From: Octopus bimaculoides
Taxonomy: Eukaryota
DNA length: 64,000 nucleotides
Direction: 5' to 3'
NCBI RefSeq assembly: GCF_001194135.2
Contig: NC_068989.1
Location: 25,624,671-25,688,670, forward strand
The first letter of the stretch is position 1, and every line of letters begins with the position of its first letter. Both the position numbers and the translations under genes were made by a program. Shown piece after piece: positions 50,681 to 64,000 of the stretch. Below the pieces are notes generated by a model. It made no database searches. It was not told the DNA's origin and saw only the letters and a program-made list of their open reading frames with translations.

Positions 50681-51048
50681 TAGTACCAATTAAATAGTGG
50701 AGTCGCTTCAATCAAACGTACACACGGCTTGTATTTTTGAGTTCAGTAATGCTTGTAAGCGTTACAGGTGTTGATTTTCCTGGGACTATACGAATATAGT
50801 ATAAATTTTGCACTCCAGTAGATATGATCAGTGCTAATTGTATCAAGAAAAACATAGCTGTAACTAACTATATTCAAAGCACTAAGTACATACATACAAA
50901 CATACATACATACATACATATGTATATATTGGCGGAAGATGCGTGCGATTGTGTGTTATCTTTCATCAGAAGTCGTTAAAGGTAAAAGACGTTCAACTAT
51001 TTGCCAGTAAATAAAAAAAAGTAATATAAATAAACTGCAGCTAAAATG

Positions 51049-51733
51049 GGTGCAGGAGTGGCTGAGTGGTAAGTAGGTGCATGAGTGGTTGTGTAGTAAG
51101 TAGCTTGCTTACCAACCACATGGTTCCGGGTACAGTCTCACTGTGTGGCACCTTGGGCAAGTGTCTTCTACTATAGCCTCGGGCCGACCAAAGCCTTGTG
51201 AGTGGATTTGGTAGACGGAAACTGAAAGAAGCCCGTCGTATATGTATGTATATATATATACATGTGTGTGTGTGTGTTTGTGTGTGTGTGTTTGTGTGTG
51301 TGTGTTTGTGTGTGTGTGTTTGTNNNNNNNNNNNNNNNNNNNNNNNNNNNNNNNNNNNNNNNNNNNNNNNNNNNNNNNNNNNNNNNNNNNNNNNNNNNNN
51401 NNNNNNNNNNNNNNNNGTGTGCTTGTGTGTGTGTGTTTGTGTGTGTATGTGTGTGTTTGTGTGTGTGTGTTTGTGTGTGTGGGTGTGTGTATGTGTGTGC
51501 GTGTATGTATGTGTGTGTATATGTTTGTGTCGGTCTTTGTCCCTCCAACATCACTTGACAACCGATGCTGGTGTGTTTACGTCCCCGTAACCTAGCGGTT
51601 CGGCAAAAGAGACGATAGAATAAGTACTAGGCTTCCAAAGAATAAATCCTAGGGTCGATTTTCTCGACTAAATGCGGTGCTCCAGCATGGCCGCAGTCAA
51701 ATGAATGAAACAAGTAAAAGAGTAAAAGAGTAA
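51049..51733 (+). mobile_element. tRNA-derived SINE family A, full length, duplicated head, internal (GT)n with gap, (AGTAAAAG)n tail
   Basis: A-box-like TGGCTGAGTGGT, B-box-like GGTACAGTCTC; collinear with 18306-18719 (minus). Confidence 0.92.
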
Positions 51734-51959
51734 ATAGTAAATGCCCTTCATACTCAATTATATTAATTGTCAGATAATTCATTTGGAAATTTTTATTTTA
51801 ATGTATTGCTTGAAGAGGGAGCCATATACAATGCCTTTCACGGCTTCCGGTAAAGATAAACAACGAGTATGAAAAATAAAGAGAAACTACGACACATCAT
51901 TTACAGATTGACTCATGATTTTCCTGATATTCGCTAATGATTTCTTTTGGTAGCGTATA

Positions 51960-53104
51960 TCTATGTTATGTCATTAGTTTGATGGGACTTGTTTTCCAAT
52001 CGTTGTTAAATTGTTTATTCTTTATTTTAATGTGTATATTTCATAAATATACACATTAGTTATTTACTCTTTATTTCACAGCTTTGATAACGAGTGGTAA
52101 ATACAATTGCAATTAGAATCCTTTTATGCAACCCTTCGAGAAATGGAATGAATGAAAGGGCAGCGGCGAAAGGAATTAATGATATGCAAAGAGTCCAGGT
52201 AACATCACCGAATGTATAGGACAAAACTGATTCAGGAGTTAAAAGGAAGATGACATCAGATACAAAGAAAAGCCAAGGTCAGGGAGACCTTTTCTTGTAG
52301 AAAACGAAGCTTTGCTTCAAACGGTTAAATAATAGCTTCGGGTACTGTAGGCAGAATTTGGCAGTTCGCAAAGCACCATGACTCGACACCTCCATATGTA
52401 TTCTTTTTTGAACAGACGCTGACAGGAAGCTTCTCATGAATAGACTAATGACCAGGCTCAACGATATGTGAACATTTGGAAACAACTGCTAGCAAATCTT
52501 CGCGATGTTCGTTTATGGCTTCAGAAACTGTTGTCAAACAAGGGCGGTTTGAACAGAAGCTCATGTGTGTTTGGTGAAATTTCGAGGAGTGTTACACTTT
52601 GAGCTTATCCCAGTTGTGTATGTTGTGAATGTTAACCTTTTTGCTTCACAACAACAGTGAGTATATGATGATTGGAAAGCTTGCTACACAGCATTTGTAA
52701 ATCGAAGACGTTTACTCTTCCCGCAAGATAATAGATCAGTACCCATGAGACTATGTGGAAAATCGAGGAACTTGAAACGCTGGAAGTGCTGTCTTCCCCT
52801 GCCCACAGTTCAATCCCTTGTGCCATCTGATTGCCATCTTTTTCGCGCCGTAGTGCATCTCCTGAACGGACGGAAGTTTAACAATGCGGTTAAATATGAG
52901 GTTAAAAACAGAGGCAGAGAGTTTTATGCTTGTAAATCAGGAAAATAATGTGAGCGTGGAACTGAGGTGTCAGCACAACGATGGCAACTGAAAATGAAAT
53001 ATGATGGCATATATTTTGAGGGATAAACGTCATTCTTATGTGATTTGTTTCAACTATTAATTAAAGATTAAAATACGAAAACAAACTTTTGACTAGACCT
53101 AGTA
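51960..53104 (+). mobile_element. Decayed mariner transposon
   Basis: KPRSGRP HTH linker near 52270; KLMCVW.NFRGVLHFELIP; LFPQDN; PSDCHLFRAVVHLLNGRKFNN (the PSDYHLF motif); QRWQ..YDGIYFE. Right TIR-like CAAACTTTTGACTAGACCTAGTA ends at 53104. Left end not resolved. Confidence 0.85.
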
Positions 53105-55929
53105 CAGTGCATTTGGTGTAACTTCTCATAGTTTCCATTTAATAAAAAGAACGGACATGACTTGAGCACTTCCTATATTACTGTTCAAGCACGTCTTCAA
53201 ATTTTGGCTTACTTTGCTACATAATAATAGAAAAATGATACCCTTAATCCTGTTTAAATTTCAATAGTTTTTTTAACTAAGGTCAGGAAAAGGAGGTAAA
53301 ATGTCTGCCGATAGAATGTATCGTATACTTTAGAACAGACATTCTAACTAATTTAACCCCGACAAATTGATTATAAAACTTGTAGTACGCAAATCATTTC
53401 AACGTGTTTAAGGAATGTTTTCGTTTATTCTTAGCTGTTCATACTAGTAGGCGAGATTGTGTACGTGGTCGGTGGAACCACTCATAAACTGTACATACAA
53501 TCATAAGATGACATTGTTGCTCGAACATAAGTGGAGTACTGCAGGTGTCTTCTTATTCTTACGACATGTACAGAAATCATTTGAAGAACACTAGTATTGA
53601 ATTTCTTGTTCATATACAATGGTGAATTATACATATCTATATAGAACATGACAGACACGGCAGCCTTTTCCTTTGCAAGTTTCGTGCCGTCGACAGTGAT
53701 ATTTTTAAGTGCAACTTGTTTACATATGCGCATAATGTTGGATCTCGTTTCAAACTTTGGCGATATATGATTCTTGTGAGAAAACATAGGGCAGGGTTTT
53801 GTGTGGCCGTCTGCAAGTTTAGGTACTGTTTATTTAACCAGTATCTTGCTCTCCCTAGCTGACCCATGAGATACAAGGATTATTAAGATTATTAAAGTTA
53901 TAGGCACTATATTGATTCATGACATCATTGTACGTTCACACACAGGTGAGCCTGCTGGACTCACGCTTAGGAGTGAAAAATCTTCCCTTTTTGATATGTC
54001 TAACTCACAGGAACATTTCTGCTATTTGTCCCATGATCAAAATTATACCATATCAAAGCATAGTGGACTTGTGTTGTGTGATGACTCAGTCAACATTTGT
54101 TGACTTAGGTGTAACTATATATTCCCTATCAAACCCCAGCAAACCTGAAGGTGCAATACTGGATGCAATTTATATTTTATGTTGGAGGGAGAGTCATACG
54201 GTATTTAAACAACATGCATGGGATTAAAACGGAAGCTGCTTGTATGTAAGATGAAATATTTAACCACACAACCAAATATCAGTTAAATGTGGAAATCTTT
54301 CTTTGACTGTAAGCTGTATGTGACATTTGCTAAATGCAACTGGATATGAAGTGAAGTTAACTCCCAAAGCTGATGGCAATATTGCTTTAATAAAGGAGAT
54401 CTTTCTTCTTCACTTCTAACATTTTATAAAATCTTAGCATCATTCCAGTAAGTAAAATGAAAGCTTAAATTTTTGTATACGCCTTATTTTTATCAACACC
54501 CGTCTCAAATTTGTTCATATTTAAACGTCATCACAAAATATTCAGGAAAATGAATAAAGATGCAAATCGTGGACCTAGGCATCAACATGATAACTTTCAC
54601 ATTAATGGCCATAATCTTATTCCTTTTACAACTATAATCATATGTATTTCGTTTGTAACATTATTTTTAATATGCCTATAAATAATCATCCAGTATTTCC
54701 AGTAAATATTTAAAATTATTGTATAAATTATTTCGGCTATCAATATTCAATTCATCGCAGATGCAGTTCTCAAATGAATCCTGCCGGCCACAAGGCTCCA
54801 TTACCTTTGAAGTTAAGGAGATCAAAGTTTGGAAAACTTTTTTGTATTTTTTGTGCATCTTTTACAAACAACTGTCTCTTTTCATATACACACGCTTTTT
54901 ATTTGCATGTCACTGTAAAGTAGAAGACGAGAGGATACTTGGACTACGAGTAATGTTATCAAGCTTTAGAGTATAAGTATAACGTCTACAGGATACAGAT
55001 ACAATTAAGACGGTTTTCACGCAAGAAGAACAGGCTATTTTAGAGATGCTTTTGTTTAGGCATTAACTCATTACTGATATGAGAAATAAATCATTCATAA
55101 ATATATATATATATATAAATAAATATTTATCAAATATATGTAATTACGTTCCTGCCGATCCAAGAAGGGATATATCTACATATGTTAATTTGCATTTGAA
55201 ATATATATTTTGCAAAGAAACCTGAACTCTATTTATTATCTTCTTCCAGAGTGAAAATATATTGATAGTCTTACTTCGTAATAGTTCGATAGTCCACCCA
55301 TGTTTTATGCATGGCCAACATTTCATTTCTACCTTGTTAACTTGCCCACTCTGTCTAATTCCATGTAAAGTTTTGCCTTATTACTGTAACATTCAGTGTC
55401 CTAACAAAATCCAATAGCATTGTATTAAGACATCGAATGTAGTTGCAAATGATGAAAGCAGTAATAACATTACAGCGACTCATTAGTTAAGAAATGTTGA
55501 CAAGGTATTGTTGAACCATCAGTCCTGTTACTGATCTTTCAACCAACGACATTTCTCTGCTAAAAGCGATTTCTGATAAGCAACGTTTGCTAAAGCTTCA
55601 AAATAGGGATGAAACCTTTTGGTGGGTACTGCATCGCACAATATAGTGGCTTAACCATTAAGGTACACAGTTAATGAATCCATAACGGAATTGTAATGCC
55701 AAAGACAAAAGCTAAAAATAAACTTGTAATCCCTAATCCCATGAAAAAGAGAGGTTCAAATAACCTCGCTCATTTTAAATACAAACGTATTGAAAAGTTG
55801 ACTGTTCACAAATTGCCTAAAATATTTTAAAAATTGAAATAAAGCAATCATTTGAATTTTGACCTAATGGTTCTATATGTAATTATATTTGGTCTCAATA
55901 TAAAAGCTGCATATAGCAGTGAATGTTTC

Positions 55930-56500
55930 ATACGAACGGCGAATGTGAATGGGCTTAGATGTGATAGTGAAAATAATGCAAGATTGACGAGTTTCAGTGC
56001 AACAAAATGAAAATAAAGCAAGAAAGGTAAGCAGAGAAAAGATAAAGTGGAAAAGAATGAAAGATCTTGATGACTGTCGATTTCTAGTGCTAGTGCGATA
56101 AATAATGATGATGCAGAAATTCATATGGTGTTGAAGAATATCAGAAAGCATTCTAAAATGTAACTTAATGGGCTCTGAGCCGTAGAAAAAACAGAAGACG
56201 AATTTCGGATGAAATGTGTGAAATTCATGTTCGTCCAATAAAGGTACAAAAACTTTCTGTAAACCATCTGAATAAGATCACTAACATGAAAAAAAAAAAA
56301 AAGAAAAAAGAATAGCTAGCTATTGCGGTCAACAAAGAGATGAACAAGAGATAAAAAAAGTTTTGAAGATAGAAGCATTTCTGGACATTAAATGATTTAA
56401 AGGTACACAAGAGCCTACTCATGTTTGTTATTGATAGGAAAAAATCAAACATAGACATCCAAGAAAGACAAAACAAATATTTTCACACATTCATATGCGA
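55930..56500 (+). mobile_element. Possible decayed APE endonuclease of a LINE
   Basis: IRTANVNGLR..SATK* (NVNGL and ETKW-like motifs) and a KHRHPRK motif; otherwise very degraded. Confidence 0.35.
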
Positions 56501-58529
56501 AGCGTTTAATCGGAAAATGTTCTGATAATACTTGAAACACAACAGGAGCTGGAAATGACTATACTTTAAATACATGTTGAAGAAAAAGCAAGTCATTCAA
56601 TAGTTAACATTATGCAAAAAGGCTCATGAAAGAGAAGGATTGTAGAGAAATGCAGGAGATAAGAACGTAACTGCAAGATATAAGCTACATCACAGCATAT
56701 GCAACATTCAAAAGAAAATATATACCATTGGTTCAAATATGGATGTTGATAGGCTTACAATCGTCCAATCAGAAATTTGATCACATTAATTCATTGCGAC
56801 GTGATATTATACCTACAACGATATATAATGACTTTCATGAGAAAGGTATCGGAAAAAAAATAATTATAGACAAAACCAATTTTTTGAATTCATGCACATC
56901 AACAAAAATACTGGTGGAAAATTCTCACCAAAACGTCAAGGAAATACAAATATAACAAATTTGATATGGATATTTAGAAGATAAAATATATCAAGTTGCT
57001 TTTAAGATTAACTTCCCTGTAGATGAGGTCATTTCTTAAAAAAATCAAGATGCAGAATATCCACGGCTTTGGAGACTAGAGCCACCATACCATAAATATA
57101 AATTCATATTTATACCAATAACCATTGGTATATACATTCGTTACATTTGTAAATGCTAACGTGACAATCCGGGACGCACATTACCGATACATTCTATAAA
57201 TACAATAGACAGAAAGGTAAGAATATAGAGAAAGCAATCTATTTTCTTCTACATAAACAGAAAATTTACGATTCAGAAATTAGTTTGATAAGTATAACGT
57301 ACAAATATCTCGACTTTTGTGTCACTATTAAAGTTTACAACCACATAATAGAAAATGAATCAATAGACAATGAAAATAAAAAGACATCGGATGAGAGATA
57401 CACACCCTATTGGCAGATAAATTTTTTCGCAAATTATAGTGTGGCTTACAATGCGCTGCTTACCCATGTTTTTTAATTGAACTGAATTGTAACTGTTTGA
57501 TAAAAAGAGAAGGATTCCATTAAAAGTAGACTTGATAAAATATTGTATAGAATTTGACAAGTGTTTTCAACATCTTTTAATGATGGCAGGTGAATCAAAC
57601 GTACTGTAGCTCGTCGTAGGATATAAATAATATGACCACTTGCTTCTCGGGAAATTTGTAAGTTCGATTTGTTTAATTTTTCAATTAAACTCCGTTGAAA
57701 TTAAAATGTCAGCTCATAAATAAACAAAACGAATCCATCACCGTACACCTCCTCCACACACACAAAGTGGAATATGGATGTATGTCTGTACCCACACGCA
57801 TCTATGTCCATAGGTAATCTATAATCTATACACGCGCAGACGAAGGTCGATATATATATANNNNNNNNNNNNNNNNNNNNNNNNNNNNNNNNNNNNNNNN
57901 NNNNNNNNNNNNNNNNNNNNNNNNNNNNNNNNNNNNNNNNNNNNNNNNNNNNNNNNNNNNNNNNNNNNNNNNNNNNNNNNNNNNNNNNNNNNNNNNNNNN
58001 NNNNNNNNNNNNNNNNNNNNNNNNNNNNNNNNTACTTGATAATTGCAAGCACCTGTATATAAAACAGAACACAAAGGATTCCGCGGTACACGTGTTTCAA
58101 GCTTTATACACAAACAGTAGTTGCATCATTATGGGTATATAATTGATAGACAGGATGGTATAAAGCTATCTTCAGCCGCAAATATATTCTTTCCCAAGAA
58201 TTATATCACAAAGAAGAAATCACAAAGAAAAAAGAAAAAGAAAGAGAAACAAGAGAGAGAAAAAGGGGGAGTCCGCTTGGTATTATCCATTGTTCTATCC
58301 ATTGTAATATACATTGTACTATGTTTATCCTTTAAGTTGATGCATTTACATAAAAGTTCATCGGTATTCCAAAATCTGTCCATATCGTGCCACAATTCAG
58401 GGTAGAGTGAATGATAAATAAACATAACTAGCGTATATGAGACAGAAGGAGAATGTCCAAACAAGAAAGAAGTTGGAGGTTAAAATAATATAAAATACGA
58501 AGAAAACAATATAAAATACACAAATATTA

Positions 58530-58880
58530 TAGGGATCTTATTTCTTCATAGGTTGTAGTGTGTTGGGTGTATGTGCTCGTGTTCCATTCTAGTTTCCTAT
58601 TCTAGCTCTCCTATGCTAAGGTGCTCTGTACCCTACGTACGTCGTTGTTTTGTTACTGCACCGTCTCTCTGTACATCTTATACTAAAGACTACATTCCTA
58701 GCTTTACAGTTTGTTTGTAGGCTAACTCTACATACAATACAGATCCTACCAGTACAGGGAGTTCTACTAAAATGGTAGGTTCTAGCGATTGGGGATTTGA
58801 TAGGGTTACCTGGCCTTTCTACAATCTTAATACTTATTCCGATCGTTTATCCGACACAGGCTCTCTGTAGTCTCATTGTA
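58530..58880 (-). mobile_element. Penelope-like element 3: Cys-rich linker and GIY-YIG endonuclease
   Basis: Open stretch SIKIVERPGNPIKSPI..PCTGRICIVCRVSLQTNCKARNVVFSIRCTERRCSNKTTTYVGYRA. It has no Met start, so it is absent from the ORF track. Confidence 0.82.
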
Positions 58881-59131
58881 ATATTATTTTTTAACACCTT
58901 TTTGATGTTTTATTCCTCTTTTCAATTGTAGAGAATGGTAATACGTAACTGGATTAATTTAACTTAATTATTATTTTGGTTATTATTATAATTTCTTAAA
59001 TGTTGGGATTATTATGCGAAATGATCGTATGGATTAAAACTTTATAAAAAACCTTTAACCACTTCTCTTCTCCATTTTTTAACTGTTAGTTAAATCTATA
59101 CAGGATCATATCCTATAAATGCTTATTACAC

Positions 59132-59168
<37 letters not shown>

Positions 59169-59347
59169 NNNNNNNNNNGATCAGAAATCTCAAATATATT
59201 ATCTGTATTAAATACATCGAAAACAAAATAGGTAGATATGTATACATGCAAAAGGGGACAAAGTGCAAGGGAGACATTTCAATCGTATTGATAAGCTACG
59301 TACAAAGTTATGTTGAGTGCTGCATTTTAAGGTGCTTTCTGCCGTGG

Positions 59348-60683
59348 CACGCTTTATTGCTGGTGTACGAAAATGTCCATTTAAGGTAATGAAACAAGGC
59401 ATTATCGTTATATTATCATTTTATTGTAATAATGAAACACGATACCGAAGAATAGCAGCAAAAGATATCAAACAAACACATTTAAATTGTTGGTGCTTTA
59501 CTGTATTTGTCTATGTAATTTCTTTGTTTATAAATGACATCAACATTTTTTTTTCCACAGAAGCTGTTAGCGGACTAGTCTGAGATGTTATTGTTATCAG
59601 CAACTGTTTTGAATTTTTTTTCTCACAGGGCATCCTTCGACGAAAACTGGATGCACCCTTCATACACTTTTCTCTTCGAGATCTACCAGAGTTGTTTGAT
59701 AGAGTTTTGGTTAGCAGTACAGGGAAGCGAAGTCATGAGCGATTGGCCTGTCATTCCCAAAGTTGTGTGGTACGAAATTGTAGCCTTGGCTGAATGCGAG
59801 GATCCTTGTCATGTATAACAATCAATCACCATCGATGTGAGAGTGGCTGACCATCTAACCATGCTACAAAATGCTCATCTAGAAACACGGTATAGGAGTT
59901 GCTGGTGAGTGTGACAACGTGTGGCACTCGGAAACGCCCGACAAACTCATTTCCTATGATTCTCGCCCAAAACATGACACCACTACGAGAGGCTCGAAGA
60001 AGTATCCAAACTTTGGCCCATCCATCGTGGCCATCAAGAGTAACTCGGGCCCCATCTGCGAAGAGGACATTTTGGAAATTGATCTTCATGTACTTCCGTG
60101 CCCAACGATTACGGTGCTCTTTATGGTTCCTGCTTATGATGGGTCTAGCGATGCACTTAACACTTCTGGTCGTTTCTTTAAGGATCCTATACCAGGTGCT
60201 TCTGGACAAAGGAGCAGCCTCAACACTTTCAAATATGGCAGTACTTGCGCTACCGAGGTCTTTTCTTACTTGAATACTTATTTTACAGATGTTACGCTGG
60301 AATACATTTCTCGTACCTTTATCTTGCCTTGGTTGGGTGATGGGATTTTCCACATACGCCTTCAATGTTCTTGTATCCCGCCAGACTCTTAGGCTAATTC
60401 TCCCACAGATAAGGCTTCTGCGAGACCTGCAACAATCTGTGTCTTCTCCGTAGCTGTCAGACGTCGTTTAAGGGGCATTTCCGTACACCTGAAATAAAGC
60501 GTAACACAGTTGAAAGCACTTCAAAATACATAACTCAATGTAACTTTGTATTTAGCTGATCAATACAACTGAAATGTTCACTGCGTACGTACCTACCTGG
60601 GATCTTTTAGTGGACCAAGTTTCACGTTTCTACAATGAGAAATATTCAAAACATCAAACAAACTTTACCCGCAATAAAGCGTG
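59348..60683 (-). mobile_element. Tc1/Tc3-like transposon, apparently full length (1336 bp) with short TIRs
   Basis: MPLKRRLTATEKTQIV; RPIISRNHKEHRNRWARKYMKINFQNVLFADGARVTLDGHDGWAK (LDGPDGW-like); GVMFWARIIG. Inverted termini CACGCTTTATTGC(T/G)GGT at 59348-59364 and 60667-60683. TA target duplication not preserved. Confidence 0.88.
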
Positions 60684-61052
60684 ATACACATTTCATACAT
60701 ACATACATACACACATACATACATACATATATGTATATATNNNNNNNNNNNNNNNNNNNNNNNNNNNNNNNNNNNNNNNNNNNNNNNNNNNNNNNNNNNN
60801 NNNNNNNNNNNNNNNNNNNNNNNNNNNNNNNNNNNNNNNNNNNNNNNNNNNNNNNNNNNNNNNNNNNNNNNNNNNNNNNNNNNNNNNNNNNNNNNNNNNN
60901 NNNNNNNNNNNNNNNNNNNNNNNNNNNNNNNNNNNNNNNNNNNNNNNNNNNNNNNNNNNNNNNNNNNNNNNNNNNNNNNNNNNNNNNNNNNNNNNNNNNN
61001 NNNNNNNNNNNNNNNNNNNNNNNNNNNNNNNNNNNNNNNNNNNNNNNNNNNN

Positions 61053-61325
61053 CACAAAAGAAACCGGAATATTGCAATATTACTGTATTCACTTAATTTC
61101 GCATGTTTACAATTTTATTGCGTTCAAAGTATTCTCCATTTGAAGCAATGAATCTGTCCAGATGCACTTTCCACTGTTCTATGTAGTCCTGGAACTCTGG
61201 CGAAATAATGCCTTTTAACACCTCCATCGTTTTTTTTTCTTCACATCTTCCACATCTGCTAAACGTTTTTTCTTTAAGGACTTTTTTCGTTCGGGGGAGA
61301 AAAAAAATCATGATTACATGTTTGT
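61053..61325 (-). mobile_element. Mariner transposase C-terminal fragment and right end
   Basis: FFLPRTKKVLKEKTF..EEKKTMEVLKGI..EFQDYIEQWKVHLDRFIASNGEYFE. Confidence 0.85.
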
Positions 61326-62275
61326 CCATTGATATATTCGTAAATAAATATCAATTGTTTATGATATATCCTTCGTAATGTATTGTCACATTCCAGTTTA
61401 ATAATTTAATTTTTCCACTCTTCTGGTGTATCGCCGTGGCTCGATTTAGCGGTCTTTTCTTATAAACGCTGTGCATGACATTGGAATTCAGAATTTATAT
61501 GTGTAGATACAGGGCGACACATTATTCTTGCCGGTCGGGTCACATGTAAGCCCCAAGGCATGTTTTTCGTGTTAATTTGTATCTACAAGAATATTCTACT
61601 GAAAAGAAGAATGAAACCATTTGGTTCCCTACTTCGAAACTGCAATTAACCTTTCATTTTTAAGTTTTGAAATTTAAGTCATGTCGTCCACCGACAGCTT
61701 TATTGTGAAGAAACAGAATATTGCTCTTTATAGTGGATTTATAGTGGTTTTGACTGTTATTTCTAGGCAGGTAACGGCTTTTGCAACCCTCTACATCATT
61801 ATTGTGATTTCTTCTTAATTATACACACCTCTTTTATGAAATTTATGGTTACATGTTTGGCCATTGATGTATTCCTAAATAATTATGATTTGTTTATAAT
61901 ATATGCTTTGTAATATATTTCTACAGTCATCTTTATATATATATATATATATNNNNNNNNNNNNNNNNNNNNNNNNNNNNNNNNNNNNNNNNNNNNNNNN
62001 NNNNNNNNNNNNNNNNNNNNNNNNNNNNNNNNNNNNNNNNNNNNNNNNNNNNNNNNNNNNNNNNNNNNNNNNNNNNNNNNNNNNNNNNNNNNNNNNNNNN
62101 NNNNNNNNNNNNNNNNNNNNNNNNNNNNNNNNNNNNNNNNNNNNNNNNNNNNNNNNNNNNNNNNNNNNNNNNNNNNNNNTGTGTGTGCGTGTGCGTGCGT
62201 GCGTGCGTGCGTGCGTGTGATATAAATATATATCTTTCCTGAAAGTGTCTGACTATATATCTCGTTCTCTCTTAC

Positions 62276-62372
62276 ACTTTCTCCCTCATTTTCTGCATGA
62301 TTTTACGCTGGCAGTGTTTAAAACATACGATGTCTTTGTTTAATAAAATTATGTCAGTTGTGTGACAGATTT
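62276..62372 (-). CDS. Weak candidate 97-nt exon (xICHTTDIILLNKDIVCFKHCQRKIMQKMREKV)
   Basis: Minus-strand acceptor TTTTCTTTATTGCACTTATTGTACAG, donor GT|GTAAGA, one open frame; no homology recognised. Confidence 0.18.
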
Positions 62373-63139
62373 CTGTACAATAAGTGCAATAAAGAAAACC
62401 AATCACGACATACGTATATGACTGACAAAATAGCCTCAGGTTCATGACGCAGCATTCCAATGACTGAAAAAACGTAAAAGGGTAAAAAATTATTTTTTAA
62501 GCTATATAGTGTTGATCTCACACTATATGCTCTTCTCTAAACATTTCTACTACAAAACATTATAAAACGTACAAGATTTAAAATAAGATAGTGAATATTT
62601 TCTTTCTACTGAAGCTTCTATGGTTTTTCAAGAAAAAAACTATTTAAAATCTTTAAAGAGTTTAATATATTCGAATTTTACATGTATAAAAGTCTGCTTT
62701 CGAAGAAACTGGGAAACGATTATCTATATGTCGTGAATTTATAACTAGACTAACGAGTTATACTTGTAACTGCATAGAGTTAATATGCCCTTGCTACGTA
62801 AATAAAATCACAACATTCCTTACAAAAGAAAATACAGAAAACACACACCCAATTAATTATAAAATGAGGAAACAGAGAGAACACGAAGTGCGAAAAGCCT
62901 AGATATTTCGACTCTTTAATGTATTTTTATATATAATTGGCATAAAATACCGCATACATACATACATACATACATACACACACACATACATACATACATT
63001 CATTCATTCATACATACATATAAAAGTAGAACATGGAATGGACAGGCTTTAATCACATCCCCAGAATTGTTTCTGTGTATCGGTAACAGTTGTTAATTGC
63101 TGGGTTTTCCATATTCCGTATCATAGTATTATATAAATA

Positions 63140-63325
63140 TTGATTTCAAATGTTGGCACAATGCCAACGATTTGGGTGTTAGGGTAAAGTCGATAATATC
63201 GAACTCAGGACTCAACTGGTACTTTTTTATCGACCGTCGATCTCGGCAGAATTTGAATTCAGCTCGTGAAGACGGACGAAATGCCGCTAAAATGTTTTGC
63301 TCGCGGTGCTAACGATTCTACTATT
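63140..63325 (-). mobile_element. SINE family B copy
   Basis: Reverse complement reads AGAATCGTTAGCACC..GCGGCATTTCGTCCGTCTTCACG.GCTGAATTCAAATTCTGCCGAG..GATAAAAAAGTACCAGT..GGCATTGTGCCAACATTTGAAA. Confidence 0.8.
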
Positions 63326-64000
63326 TCACTAACTTACTGTTATATAAATATTATAAAAGCTAATATGACCCAGCAGTAATTGTGTACCCGCTCCTCGTCA
63401 GGTCAGTGGCTTTGAGAGCACGAATGAAACACGTCCAGTTTCCTATTGTTTTATACCTGTATTTCATTTTTAGCATTTCCCCAATAAAGTGTATCACATA
63501 GACACGAATAGACATATGTCATAAAAACACTAAACAATTTACCAAAATATAAATAAACCAAACTTAATCATTGGAAATAAAAATCAAAAGTATGAATATA
63601 AATTAGCCAAACCTAAAATTCGGTCTTTTTTGTAGCGTAAATATGTCTCACTTTTATGAAGATAGATTAACACTAAGATGTTATGATATAGACTAGATGT
63701 ATTCGTTACCTCTTTTGTCTCTAAATGTTTTTCTTTAAAGGACCTGTTATCATCTTATCATCCCAGCAGGATACCAACTTCTCTGTCATCCGCTCGTAAG
63801 TCTTAATTTCAGATGTCCTATTCACATCACAGCTGCTTACACATTCATTAACAGATTCTATCCCACGGGAAAGGGTTTATTGGTCTACACTCGCATAACA
63901 CACATATACATATTAACTTGGTATGTACACAGATATAATTATATCTAAACATGCAAACACATGAGGTGGTATGTGAAATAGCTTATTAAACCTTGGCCAA

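Noticed and set aside
53480-54230. GC-richer block with weak LINE-RT-like words on both strands (DLGVTI, LCDDS, NITVDG)
   Set aside because: Strand and family cannot be fixed; probably an ancient repeat, but not supportable.

Overview
AT-rich eukaryotic genomic DNA, probably intronic or intergenic. The SINE families, the dense (TA)n/(CA)n/(TAA)n microsatellites and the TE set look most like a cephalopod (Octopus-like) draft assembly; this is recognition from memory, not a database result. Eleven N-gaps are present, nearly all flanked by microsatellites. I found no intact protein-coding gene, rRNA, tRNA, CRISPR array or prokaryotic feature. The window is mostly decayed mobile elements: an RTE-type LINE 3' end, several Tc1/mariner/maT transposon relics, two Gypsy (Mag-like) LTR pieces, three divergent Penelope-like GIY-YIG fragments, two SINE families, and a ~9.6 kb pile-up of R4/Dong-like (RT + restriction-like endonuclease) retrotransposons at 33.0-42.6 kb. 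The observations most worth checking are: three tandem C2H2 zinc fingers at the RTE C-terminus; an R4/Dong copy with the geometry of a twin-priming 5' inversion; a 1.18 kb foldback element whose spacer has a duplicated E-box+YY1-like module; a perfect 54-bp palindrome; and a candidate 73-nt host exon with a nearby miRNA-like hairpin in a repeat-poor stretch near 47-50 kb. I see no convincing new multi-gene system. All alignments were done by eye and most element boundaries are approximate.
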